A DNA stretch of 57,688 nt, the filler included, from Deltaproteobacteria bacterium (GTDB taxonomy: Bacteria > CG2-30-53-67): the NCBI GenBank assembly GCA_013151235.1. It is 3 parts of 3 records of this genome, joined end to end, with 100 filler letters (N's around TTAATTAATTAA, not from the genome) between each part and the next. Parts side by side here need not be neighbours in the genome. Positions count along the whole stretch, not along the records: positions 1 to 20,374 come from JAADIO010000029.1; positions 20,475 to 37,757 come from JAADIO010000025.1; 1 more part is not named here. One strand, written 5' to 3'. Under the pieces are notes generated by a model. That model was not told the DNA's origin and searched no databases. It saw only the letters and a list, made by a program, of their open reading frames with translations. The position numbers and the translations under genes are program-made. Numbering within the stretch: position 1 is the stretch's first letter; each line of letters starts with the position of its first letter. Shown in pieces: positions 18,445 to 27,171 of this stretch.

Positions 18445-19809
18445 ATGGAAGAAATACTGGTGATCGACGATGAGAAGAAAATGCACCGCATCCTGCAGCT
18501 TGCCCTCGAAGGAATCGGCTGCCGGGTCCGGACGGCCGGAACCGGAATGGAAGGTGTGGATCTGGCCCGAAGCCGGCTTCCCGCCCTCGTCATTACCGAC
18601 ATGAAAATGCCCGGCATGTCGGGGATGGATGTACTGGAAGAGATGAAAAAGATCGACGACCAGGTCCCCGTTATTATCATGACCGCCTACGGAACCGTAC
18701 AGACCGCCGTGGATGCCATGAAAGCCGGTGCCTTCGACTATATACTAAAGCCCTTCGACATCGCCGAGATGGAGGTCATTACCCGAAAGGCGCTGGAATA
18801 CCGGAAGCTTTCCCGGGAGATCGTGCAACTCCGCTCCGAGCTACAGTCCAAATACCGCTTCGATAACATCATCGGGAAGAGCCCCGGCATGCAGCGAATC
18901 TTCAATCTGATTACACAGATCGCCCCGACCAAGAGCACCATCATGATCCGGGGGGAAAGCGGGACCGGCAAGGACCTGATCGCAGGATCCATTCACTGTC
19001 ACAGCGACCGGGCCTCTACCCCCTTCATCAAGCTCAACTGCGGCGCCATTCCCGGCACCCTGCTGGAATCGGAACTCTTCGGCTACGAGAAAGGGGCCTT
19101 CACCGGTGCAGACCGCCAGAAACCGGGCCGCTTTGAGCTGGCCGACGGCGGGACCCTCTTCCTCGACGAGATCGGAGATATGGACGCAGCACTCCAGGTC
19201 AAACTTCTGCGGGTCCTCCAAAACGGAGAACTGGAGCATCTCGGCGGGACCCGAACCCTTCAGGTCGATGTTCGTGTTATTGCCGCCACCAACACCAATC
19301 TTGAACAACGGATGCGGGAAGGACGCTTCCGGGAAGATCTCTACTACCGGATCAATGTCGTTCCTATTGAAATCCCGCCCCTCCGGGAACGGCGCGAGGA
19401 TATCCCGCTTCTCGTCCATTTTTTCATGGACAAATATGCGAAAGAAATGAACCGGGGGGAAAAGAATATTACCTCCGAAGCGATGGAGCAGTTCATCCAT
19501 TACGACTGGCCCGGAAATATCCGGGAACTGCAAAATATGATCGAACGGGCCATCGTCCTCAGCCGATCCGACACCCTTTCCCCCCGTTCTTTCAGCTTCC
19601 CCGATCAGCAAAGTCGTTCCTCGGGCCACCGTGAGGAGGTTCGGATCCCGAAGGAGGGGATTTCACTGACACAGGTCGTGGAAGAACTGGAAAAGGCCTA
19701 TCTGCAGAAAGCCTTGATCCAATCCGGAGGCATTCAGACAAAAGCCGCCGATCTGTTAGGAATTACCCGCAAAATTTTGCGCTACAAGATGGAAAAGTTC
19801 GGTCTTTGA
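18445..19809 (+). CDS. sigma54-dependent response regulator (NtrC/AtoC family)
   Basis: REC domain; GESGTGK, ESELFG, GAFTGA, LFLDEIG, WPGNIREL; Fis-type HTH. Confidence 0.95.
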   Translation: MEEILVIDDEKKMHRILQLALEGIGCRVRTAGTGMEGVDLARSRLPALVITDMKMPGMSGMDVLEEMKKIDDQVPVIIMTAYGTVQTAVDAMKAGAFDYILKPFDIAEMEVITRKALEYRKLSREIVQLRSELQSKYRFDNIIGKSPGMQRIFNLITQIAPTKSTIMIRGESGTGKDLIAGSIHCHSDRASTPFIKLNCGAIPGTLLESELFGYEKGAFTGADRQKPGRFELADGGTLFLDEIGDMDAALQVKLLRVLQNGELEHLGGTRTLQVDVRVIAATNTNLEQRMREGRFREDLYYRINVVPIEIPPLRERREDIPLLVHFFMDKYAKEMNRGEKNITSEAMEQFIHYDWPGNIRELQNMIERAIVLSRSDTLSPRSFSFPDQQSRSSGHREEVRIPKEGISLTQVVEELEKAYLQKALIQSGGIQTKAADLLGITRKILRYKMEKFGL

Positions 19810-19923
19810 CACAACCTTTTTGATTTTTCTCTTCGGCCTCTGCGACTGATTCCTGTTTTTGATCTTGACTTTTTTTAAGTCCCCCCTATCCCCCCTTCAC
19901 GAACTGCCTGTTACTCTTTTCCC

Positions 19924-19968
19924 TTTCCCCGTGCCCCCCGAGTTCCCCATGGTGAATGCTTTTTGCCT
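19924..19968 (-). repeat. Dispersed purine-rich intergenic repeat, degenerate copy
   Basis: Reverse complement AGGCAAAAAGCATTCACCATGGGGAACTCGGGGGGCACGGGGAAA resembles the copies at 25405-25460 and 39945-39975. Confidence 0.7.
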
Positions 19969-20088
19969 GGTTTATTGTTGTCAAGCATTCTTTCTTTTCT
20001 GCCTTAGCTTTTTCTCCACACACCTCCAGCCGTCATTTGCTCTCAGGATAACATTTCATCCTTCCAAAGTTGCTTAACTCATTGTTTT

Positions 20089-20374
20089 CGTTCATTTTCT
20101 TTGCTCGTCCAAAGAAAACGAACCAAAAGAAAAGACGCCCGATCACTCGGTCCCGCATTCGCGGATTCGCGGGACTCCCCTGCGCTTCTCGAAAGGCCGG
20201 GGGGCTCGATAACACGCTTCGCGTGGTCGCCCCTGAACGGTCTATCTCGTTGGATTCCCGGGCATGGTGAGCTCAGTCGAACCACACGATCTCGCCCTTT
20301 TTCCCGACCTTTCTGCGATGCTCGGCTGCGTGAAGGGGTTACTCTCCCCCTACGGGGGAGCATAGGAAAAACCC
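20089..20374. repeat. Structured dispersed repeat (MITE/REP-like) at the contig end
   Basis: Hairpin GTTC-A-TTTTCTTTG...CAAAGAAAA-C-GAAC plus further GC hairpins; 20311-20333 is an exact reverse-complement match to 57221-57243; the contig breaks here. Confidence 0.65.
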
Positions 20375-20474
20375 NNNNNNNNNNNNNNNNNNNNNNNNNN
20401 NNNNNNNNNNNNNNNNNNTTAATTAATTAANNNNNNNNNNNNNNNNNNNNNNNNNNNNNNNNNNNNNNNNNNNN
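20375..20474. other. Artificial contig spacer
   Basis: N44-TTAATTAATTAA-N44 (stop codons in all six frames). Confidence 0.97.
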
Positions 20475-20476
20475 CG

Positions 20477-21415
20477 ACTTCCACAAATCAGGGGGCCTAT
20501 GACGGTTTTACCTGTACTTACAATGCCTCAACCGGGTCGTACAAACTGGTCTCCGGAACCAATTCGTCTTCTTCCGACGTTGCCGTTTCCGGGGGAACGG
20601 CACAGGCGGCGCTCTATCTGAGTACGGCCACAGGTGCGACAACGACCGGTGCCTTTGATGTCTCCAACCCTCTGACGAGTTCAAATTTCTCCACGGCTCT
20701 GACGATCTACGACTCTCTCGGCAACGGACACCAGGTCAATATCTATTTCCGTAAGGATGATACCAACGACTGGAGCTGGTATGCCGTGACCGATTCCAGT
20801 GACAATGCAAACGGGACCGGGGATCAGGTACAGGCCCGGGGAAATCTCCAGTTCAATACTTCCGGGCTCCTCTATGATGCGGATTCCGTGACGTTGCCGA
20901 CGGGAGGATTCGACTTTGTCGGCGGGGGGACGGAGAACCAGGTCATCTCCTTCGACTTCGGAACGGATGTAGCCGGCGGAGGGGCGGGGAGTGACGGGAT
21001 CACCCAGTACGGCCTGACCTCTACGACCAGTTTCCAGAGCCAGGATGGATATACCTCCGGGTCGCTGCGAAATTTCAGTGTGAACAATGCCGGGCTGATC
21101 ACCGGAAATTTTTCCAATGGCCGTACCGTGAATATCGCCCAGGTTGGGCTGGCAACCTTCCAGAGTAATGACGGGCTGAGTCGTATGGGAGGAAATCTCT
21201 TCCTCGAAACCGCCGATTCCGGTCAGCCGATCATCGGTCAGCCATCTTCCGGCGGCCGGGGGAACGTTAATTCCGATTCCCTGGAGCAATCAACGGTTGA
21301 TCTGGCTCAGGAATTCGTCAACATGATTACCAACCAACGTGGTTTCCAGGCCAATTCCCGTACCATCACCACGACCGACCAACTTCTGCAGGAACTGATT
21401 AATCTTAAACGGTAA
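20477..21415 (+). CDS. flgE: Flagellar hook protein FlgE (5'-truncated by the gap)
   Basis: Frame open from the contig edge; IYDSLG..H, QDGY..G.L, FSNG, LEQSTVDLAQEFVNMI..QRGFQANSR.ITT.D.LLQELINLKR. Confidence 0.95.
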   Translation, partial: TSTNQGAYDGFTCTYNASTGSYKLVSGTNSSSSDVAVSGGTAQAALYLSTATGATTTGAFDVSNPLTSSNFSTALTIYDSLGNGHQVNIYFRKDDTNDWSWYAVTDSSDNANGTGDQVQARGNLQFNTSGLLYDADSVTLPTGGFDFVGGGTENQVISFDFGTDVAGGGAGSDGITQYGLTSTTSFQSQDGYTSGSLRNFSVNNAGLITGNFSNGRTVNIAQVGLATFQSNDGLSRMGGNLFLETADSGQPIIGQPSSGGRGNVNSDSLEQSTVDLAQEFVNMITNQRGFQANSRTITTTDQLLQELINLKR

Positions 21416-21423
21416 TCCGCATC

Positions 21424-21454
21424 GGGGGAGGCGTCTGCCTCCCCCATTTTTTTT
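21424..21454 (+). terminator. Intrinsic terminator after flgE
   Basis: GGGGGAGGC-GTCT-GCCTCCCCC followed by A and T8. Confidence 0.9.
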
Positions 21455-21692
21455 CGTCAAAGGGCTGACTCATTCTCCGGAAATTGACGGAAATTTTCTC
21501 CCGTTGCGCATCGATCCCGTATCTCTTTCTTGTTCCGTGACCGATTCTTTCCGTTTTTGTGTCCATGCACGGTTTTAGCGCTGAATTAAAAGGAACATGA
21601 TTTCAAATAGATAGCCCATGGTTTTGGGATACGGCCTCTTTTGTTCTTTGCCTGGCGGAATAAGTCGGGAAAGGTCCCACCCTGAACGGGAT

Positions 21693-21709
21693 TTGGCATA
21701 TGGATTGCT
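21693..21709 (+). promoter_or_regulatory. sigma54 promoter of the motA-fliA operon
   Basis: TTGGCATATGGATTGCT (GG-N10-GC). Confidence 0.8.
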
Positions 21710-21759
21710 TTTAAGAAAGTTCGAGTTTCTTGTCCGGAACCTTCGGAAGGCGGATTGAT

Positions 21760-22527
21760 ATGGATATTGCAACCATTGTCGGGATTGTCCTGGCCTTTGC
21801 CCTTGTGCTGATGGCCATTCTTTCCGGGGGAGGTCTGATTATTTTCGTCGATGTGCCCTCCCTGCTCATCGTTGTGGGGGGAGTGGTCGGGGTGACCCTT
21901 GTAAACTATCCTTTGAGCGACATGCTGAAGGTGATGAGTGTTGCGCTCAAGACGTTATTCCCCACCAACGCGAATCCGACGGAATATATCAGCAAATTGG
22001 TGGAGTTCTCCGGCCTGGCACGGAAAGAGGGGATCCTGGCCCTGGAAAATGCCTCTGCCGAGATCAAACATGAGTTCATGAGAAAGGGGATCCAACTGGC
22101 GGTCGATGGTCTTGAGAATCAGGCGATCCGGGATATTCTGGAGACGGAGATCGACAAGCTGGAGCAGCGGCATAAGTTAGGTGCCGAGCTTTTTACCGCG
22201 ATGGGGACTTACGGTCCGGCCATGGGAATGATTGGGACCCTGATCGGACTGGTGCAGATGCTCCAGACGATGAACGATCCGAGTTCGATCGGTCCGGCCA
22301 TGGCCGTGGCTCTGCTGACGACCTTTTATGGAGCGATTATGGCCAACATGCTTTTTCTGCCAATGGCGGGAAAACTGAAAAACAACAGTGCCAAAGAAAT
22401 CTTTACGGACGAATTGATTATGGAAGGGATCCTGGCGATTAACAGCGGCGACAACCCGCGGGTGGTCGAGCAGAAGCTTCATGCCTTTATTGCACCGAAA
22501 CTGCGAAAGTCGAGTTTTGACCAGTAA
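21760..22527 (+). CDS. motA: Flagellar stator A subunit (MotA/PomA type)
   Basis: MDIATIVG; ARKEGILALE; GMIGTLIGLV; IGPAMAVALLTTFYG. Confidence 0.95.
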   Translation: MDIATIVGIVLAFALVLMAILSGGGLIIFVDVPSLLIVVGGVVGVTLVNYPLSDMLKVMSVALKTLFPTNANPTEYISKLVEFSGLARKEGILALENASAEIKHEFMRKGIQLAVDGLENQAIRDILETEIDKLEQRHKLGAELFTAMGTYGPAMGMIGTLIGLVQMLQTMNDPSSIGPAMAVALLTTFYGAIMANMLFLPMAGKLKNNSAKEIFTDELIMEGILAINSGDNPRVVEQKLHAFIAPKLRKSSFDQ

Positions 22528-22613
22528 TGAGTTGCCGGAAAAAGCCGGCGGCATTTTCCCGATGATGGCGGCGCGGGCGCAGTTCTCAGAGAACCCTTGC
22601 AAAGAGATGGTCT

Positions 22614-23453
22614 ATGGCGAAAAAGAAAAAAGGTTGTGACTGCGAACCGGGTCTTCCCGGATGGCTGGCAACCTTCTCCGACATGATGACGCTGCTGCTG
22701 ACATTTTTCGTGTTGCTCCTTTCCATGTCCTCCATGGACCAGCAGAGGATCAAAGAGGCGATCGGTTCCCTCCAGGGGTCTTTGGGGGTTCTTCAGGGGG
22801 GGACGAAGACGGAGATCAATGTCCGGGAATTGATTCCATCACTGGAAATCGTGGAAGTCGCAAGGCGCAAGCTGATTGCACAAAATTTTAATGAGGTCAG
22901 GAAATGGTTGACCAAACTGAAGATGGAGGAAAAAGTCCGGGCCGGTCTGACGAAAGACGGGATCCGCCTGCATATCGACAGCCGCCTCCTTTTTCGGGTC
23001 GGTGGTGCCGAGATTAATCCCGAGGCGATTCCCGTTCTGGACAAGATTGCCGAGGTCCTTCGTTCCAACCGGGCCGTCGTCCAGATTGAAGGACATACGG
23101 ACAACGTCCCGATTCATACGGCACGCTATCCTTCGAACTGGGAACTTTCCACTGCACGAGCGGTCAATGTCCTCCGGTACTTTGTCGAAAAGGAGAAGAT
23201 CGATCCGGCAAGGTTCTCCGCCGTGGGGTATGGGGCGATGCGGCCCATCGCGTCGAATGACACACCGGAGGGCCGGGCCACAAACCGCCGGGTGATGTTA
23301 CTCCTGAAATATCCAAAAGCCGGGATTGGCCGAAAGACAGAGGAAAAAGATGCCCGGGAAAAATTGTGGATGCTGGCCCCGAAAAAGAGGAAAGGAGTTC
23401 ACGTTTCGTTGAACTTACGGAAGGAATTGAAACTGTATCAGGGAGGGAAATAG
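22614..23453 (+). CDS. motB: Flagellar stator B subunit (MotB/PomB type)
   Basis: WLATFSDMMTLLLTFFVLL; OmpA-like IEGHTD..SNWELS.ARA..NRRV. Confidence 0.95.
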   Translation: MAKKKKGCDCEPGLPGWLATFSDMMTLLLTFFVLLLSMSSMDQQRIKEAIGSLQGSLGVLQGGTKTEINVRELIPSLEIVEVARRKLIAQNFNEVRKWLTKLKMEEKVRAGLTKDGIRLHIDSRLLFRVGGAEINPEAIPVLDKIAEVLRSNRAVVQIEGHTDNVPIHTARYPSNWELSTARAVNVLRYFVEKEKIDPARFSAVGYGAMRPIASNDTPEGRATNRRVMLLLKYPKAGIGRKTEEKDAREKLWMLAPKKRKGVHVSLNLRKELKLYQGGK

Positions 23454-23978
23454 ATGGCGGATGCAAAAGAGGCAAAGAAGGGAGTTCCCGAAGAAAGCGG
23501 TGAAGCGGCTGTGCCGAAGAAGTCCAAGGGTAAACTGATCATTCTCCTGGTGACGGCGCTGATGGTCCTGGGGGGCGGAGGATTCGGTGTTTACCAGTTC
23601 GTGCTGAAAAAACCGGTGGAGAATGTTGAGGCCAATGTCCCGGAAAAAACACCCAAGGAAAAGGTCGACGAAGTAGTGGGAACGATGTATCCCCTGCAAA
23701 CCTTCCTGGTGAATATCGGGGATGAGGAGGAAAACAGATTCTTGAAGACCACCTTGACACTGGAACTGGACAACGATGCCGTGAAGGATGAACTGGACAA
23801 ACGGATCGCCCAGGTTCGGGATATTATCCTGCTCCAACTCAGCACCAAGCGGTTCTCCGATGTCCGGACCGTGGACGGCAAATATATTCTGCGGGAAGAA
23901 CTGCTGGACAAACTGAATAGTATCCTGATTACCGGAAAGATCAAGAATATTTATTTTACCGAATTTATCGTGCAGTAA
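23454..23978 (+). CDS. fliL: Flagellar basal body-associated protein FliL
   Basis: Single TM; FLVN; IYFTEFIVQ terminus; synteny. Confidence 0.93.
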   Translation: MADAKEAKKGVPEESGEAAVPKKSKGKLIILLVTALMVLGGGGFGVYQFVLKKPVENVEANVPEKTPKEKVDEVVGTMYPLQTFLVNIGDEEENRFLKTTLTLELDNDAVKDELDKRIAQVRDIILLQLSTKRFSDVRTVDGKYILREELLDKLNSILITGKIKNIYFTEFIVQ

Positions 23979-23984
23979 GAGGTA

Positions 23985-24965
23985 ATGATGACCGACATTC
24001 TCGATCAAAATGAAGTGGATGCCCTGCTCAAGGGGGTGGACAACGGTGATGTAGAGACCGAGACCAACGTTGCGGCGAAGGAATCGGAGGAGATGATCTA
24101 TGACCTGACGAACCCCGAAAAGATTATCCGGGGGAAGATGCAGGCCTTGAACGTCGTCCATGACAAGTTTCTGAAACAGTTTCAGAATTCTCTCAGTTCC
24201 TTCCTGCGGATGGATGTCTCGCTGTCACTCCTGAGTTTCGATGTGATGAAGTATGTCCGGTTTATTGAAACCGTTCCGCTTCCGACGAGCCTTTGTATCC
24301 TGAGTGTGGAGCCGAACAACCGGGCGATGATTCTTCAAATGGATGCCGTATTTGTCTTCAGCATCATGGACATCCTTTGCGGCGGAGACGGCAATAGCCG
24401 GTTCAAGGTTGAAGGTCGTGAATTTACTTCCATCGAGCTGAAGATCATTGACCGGGTGGCGAATCTGGCCGTCGCGGACCTGACGCAGGCCTGGAAGCCG
24501 GTGATCCCCTTCGTCTTCTCCCTGAAGAAAACCGAGATGAATCCCCGATTCGTGACGGCCGTGGAACGAACGGAAACACTGCTGGTCTTTGATTTCGAAG
24601 TGGCCATTGAGCAAGTCAATTGCTGCATGAAGATCTGCATCCCCTATTCTACGATTGAGCCGTATCGGGCCGATCTTTCCGGAGAAGTACATACCAACAA
24701 GGTGATGAAACAGGATGGGAAGGCGGGCCGATGGCTGCAGACAAATCTGAAAGCGATGGAGGTCAATGTGATCGCGGAAATGGGGCAGGGGGAAGTGACC
24801 TTCCGGGATCTCATGCAGCTTAAGGTCGGCGATATTATTGAGTTGACACGGACGGAAGAGGACCCCTTAACGGTCTTGTGTGAGGGCGTTGGAAAATACA
24901 AAGGGCTGCCCGGACAGCATAACGGGCACATGGCGATACAGATTCTTTCTCCCATCGGATCCTAA
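23985..24965 (+). CDS. fliM: Flagellar motor switch protein FliM
   Basis: ILDQNEVDALL, GGDG, GREFT.IE, EMNPRF, SpoA-like C-terminus. Confidence 0.95.
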   Translation: MMTDILDQNEVDALLKGVDNGDVETETNVAAKESEEMIYDLTNPEKIIRGKMQALNVVHDKFLKQFQNSLSSFLRMDVSLSLLSFDVMKYVRFIETVPLPTSLCILSVEPNNRAMILQMDAVFVFSIMDILCGGDGNSRFKVEGREFTSIELKIIDRVANLAVADLTQAWKPVIPFVFSLKKTEMNPRFVTAVERTETLLVFDFEVAIEQVNCCMKICIPYSTIEPYRADLSGEVHTNKVMKQDGKAGRWLQTNLKAMEVNVIAEMGQGEVTFRDLMQLKVGDIIELTRTEEDPLTVLCEGVGKYKGLPGQHNGHMAIQILSPIGS

Positions 24966-24980
24966 AGGAGGGAACCCATC

Positions 24981-25355
24981 ATGGCGGAACAAGAAGTCCA
25001 GGAAGCTGCCCCGACGGAAGAGACCGTCGAAACGGAACCGACGATGGAAGATACGTCGGTTAAGGAACCGGAAGTGAACGAGGGGGAAGCCCCGATGCGA
25101 AGTCTCGACTTTATTCTTGATCTTCCCTTGAAAGTTTCCGTGGAATTAGGACGGACCCGGATGCTTGTCAATGATTTGCTGCAGTTGGCGCAGGGGTCGA
25201 TTATTGAGCTTGAAAAAATGGCCGGAGATCCTCTCGAAATTCTGGTCAACGAAAAACTGGTTGCCCGGGGAGAAGTGGTGTCGGTGAACGACAAGTTTGG
25301 TATCCGCGTGACCGACATTATCTCTCCGACGGAACGGATTGAACAGCTCGGGTGA
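24981..25355 (+). CDS. fliN: Flagellar motor switch protein FliN
   Basis: LDLPLKVSVELGRT...ARGEVV.V..KFGIRVTDI. Confidence 0.96.
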   Translation: MAEQEVQEAAPTEETVETEPTMEDTSVKEPEVNEGEAPMRSLDFILDLPLKVSVELGRTRMLVNDLLQLAQGSIIELEKMAGDPLEILVNEKLVARGEVVSVNDKFGIRVTDIISPTERIEQLG

Positions 25356-25359
25356 GGGA

Positions 25360-25500
25360 GAGCCAGGCACAGAGGGGCAAAGGGGGAGAGGCACAAAGGG
25401 GCAAAGGCAAAAGCGAAAAGCATGAACCACGGGGAACACGGGGAGGCACGGGGGAAAGGCAAAAGTCAAAGTCAAAAGCAATTGACCAGAACACGGAGAA
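25360..25500 (+). repeat. Purine-rich dispersed repeat between fliN and fliO
   Basis: GGCACAGAGG/GGCAAAGG units; 25-nt core GCATGAACCACGGGGAACACGGGGA at 25420-25444 is identical to 39949-39973. Confidence 0.85.
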
Positions 25501-25511
25501 GCATAAAACCT

Positions 25512-26060
25512 ATGAATAGACCGGGTCTGAATGTCCACCGGGGAAGAACCCCGATGCTTTGCGGAATGATCGTTTTCTCCGCCATCTTTTTCTTTTCTAC
25601 GCAGGTCCCTGCAATCACCTCTCCGGCAGAGGGCGGGAAATCCATTGACTTTCTCAAGGCTCCGGTACCCGATCCTCCGGGACGGAGTGCAGCGAATGCG
25701 GCGGTTCCGGCCCTGAAGTCGGAACCTCCTGATCTTTTGCGGTCGGGAGTCCGGATGATCACATCGTTGATTGTTGTGGTCGGGATCATGCTGCTCATTG
25801 CCTATGGGGCGAAACGTTTCCTCGCCCGGAAGGGGACGCTTCCCGGAAAGGAAGCGATGATCCGAATCCTTGCCACGCGGTATCTCGGCGCCAAAAGCAG
25901 TCTGAATGTGGTGGATGTGGATGGGGAGCGCTTTGTGATCGGGATTTCTCCGCAGGGAATCTCATTTCTGACCGCATTGTGCAATCTGCCGGGAACGGAA
26001 GGGCGGGAGGGTGGAGAGAAATCCTTCGAGCATGTGCTGCGGAGAAACCTGAATGAGTAA
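25512..26060 (+). CDS. fliO: Flagellar biosynthesis protein FliO
   Basis: TM followed by IRIL...LG.K.SL.VVDV.GE.FVIG; lies before fliP; start uncertain. Confidence 0.85.
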   Translation: MNRPGLNVHRGRTPMLCGMIVFSAIFFFSTQVPAITSPAEGGKSIDFLKAPVPDPPGRSAANAAVPALKSEPPDLLRSGVRMITSLIVVVGIMLLIAYGAKRFLARKGTLPGKEAMIRILATRYLGAKSSLNVVDVDGERFVIGISPQGISFLTALCNLPGTEGREGGEKSFEHVLRRNLNE

Positions 26061-26823
26061 GTTTCTGAAGAAGATATGCGGTTTCCTGCCGGTGATGGTT
26101 CTGTTTTGCGGTATTCTGCATGCGCTTCCCGTGGAGGCGGTCACGGTGCCGAACCTGAAGCTGAGCTTCGGCGCGGCCACCAGCCCGGAGCAGGTCTCGA
26201 TGACCCTTCAGATCCTGATTCTGCTGACGGTGCTGACCCTGGCTCCGGCGATTCTGGTGATGATGACTTCTTTCGTTCGGATCATCGTGGTCCTTTCGTT
26301 TCTCCGGCAGGCGATCGGTACCCATCAGGTTCCTCCCAACCAGGTCCTCGTCGGTCTGGCCCTTTTTCTGACTTTTTTTATTATGACCCCGGTCTGGACA
26401 CAGGTAAACCGGAATGCGCTGCAACCCTATCTGCATCACGAGTTGTCCCAGGGGGAGGCCTTCGATCGTGCCATGGTCCCGATTCGAAAATTTCTTTTTC
26501 ACCAGACCCGGGAAAAGGATCTTGCCCTCTGTATCCGTCTCTCGGGGGAGGGGAAACCGAAGAATCGCAAGGAGGTCAAAACCATTCCGCTTCTGACCGC
26601 TTTCGTGATGAGTGAACTGAAAACGGCTTTCCAGATCGGATTCATGATCTATATTCCTTTTCTGGTCCTCGATATGGTGGTGGCCAGTATTCTTCTTTCC
26701 ATGGGAATGATGATGCTGCCTCCGGTCATTGTTTCCCTGCCCTTCAAGCTGATGCTTTTCGTGCTCGTTGACGGGTGGTACATGATTGTGGAGTCCCTGA
26801 TCAAGAGTTTTGGGACGATGTAG
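26053..26823 (+). CDS. fliP: Flagellar export gate protein FliP
   Basis: MMTSFVRIIVVLSFLRQAIG..Q.PPNQ; MMMLPP..VSLPFKLMLFVLVDGW. Confidence 0.97.
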   Translation: MSKFLKKICGFLPVMVLFCGILHALPVEAVTVPNLKLSFGAATSPEQVSMTLQILILLTVLTLAPAILVMMTSFVRIIVVLSFLRQAIGTHQVPPNQVLVGLALFLTFFIMTPVWTQVNRNALQPYLHHELSQGEAFDRAMVPIRKFLFHQTREKDLALCIRLSGEGKPKNRKEVKTIPLLTAFVMSELKTAFQIGFMIYIPFLVLDMVVASILLSMGMMMLPPVIVSLPFKLMLFVLVDGWYMIVESLIKSFGTM

Positions 26824-26850
26824 CGGCGAAGAGAATCTCGGAGAAATATT

Positions 26851-27120
26851 ATGACCCCTCAGTTTGTCATCGGATTTGGGAAGCAGGCACTGGAATTGAC
26901 GCTGATGCTTTCCGCTCCCCTTTTGATCACGGGAATGATCGTCGGGCTGCTGATCAGTATTGTCCAGGCGGCAACACAGATTCAGGAGATGACCCTGGTT
27001 TTCGTGCCGAAGATTGTCGTCGTCATCGTGACGTTGATCTTTTTTGCGCCCTGGCTGCTTGATATCCTGACGACCTTCACCTCATCGGTCATTGCAAACA
27101 TTCCGGCCTATGTACACTGA
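26851..27120 (+). CDS. fliQ: Flagellar export gate protein FliQ
   Basis: QAATQIQEMTL.FVPK. Confidence 0.97.
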   Translation: MTPQFVIGFGKQALELTLMLSAPLLITGMIVGLLISIVQAATQIQEMTLVFVPKIVVVIVTLIFFAPWLLDILTTFTSSVIANIPAYVH

Positions 27121-27171
27121 GAGGAGGATCATGACTCGATATCCCTTGAAGATCCGGAACGGGAGGTGGGA

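Noticed and set aside
16294-19809. Naming the two-component pair pilS/pilR or assigning the regulator as prsR
   Set aside because: The kinase has a periplasmic sensor plus HAMP, unlike PilS; the regulator is paired with its own kinase and shows no specific signature
19859-20430. Cluster of short ORFs on both strands
   Set aside because: They lie over repeats and the N spacer; low complexity, no RBS or domain support
20375-20474. TTAATTAATTAA palindrome as a biological site
   Set aside because: Identical linker in both N gaps; assembly concatenation artefact
25422-25511. N-terminal extension of FliO (MNHGEHGE...)
   Set aside because: Translation of the intergenic repeat
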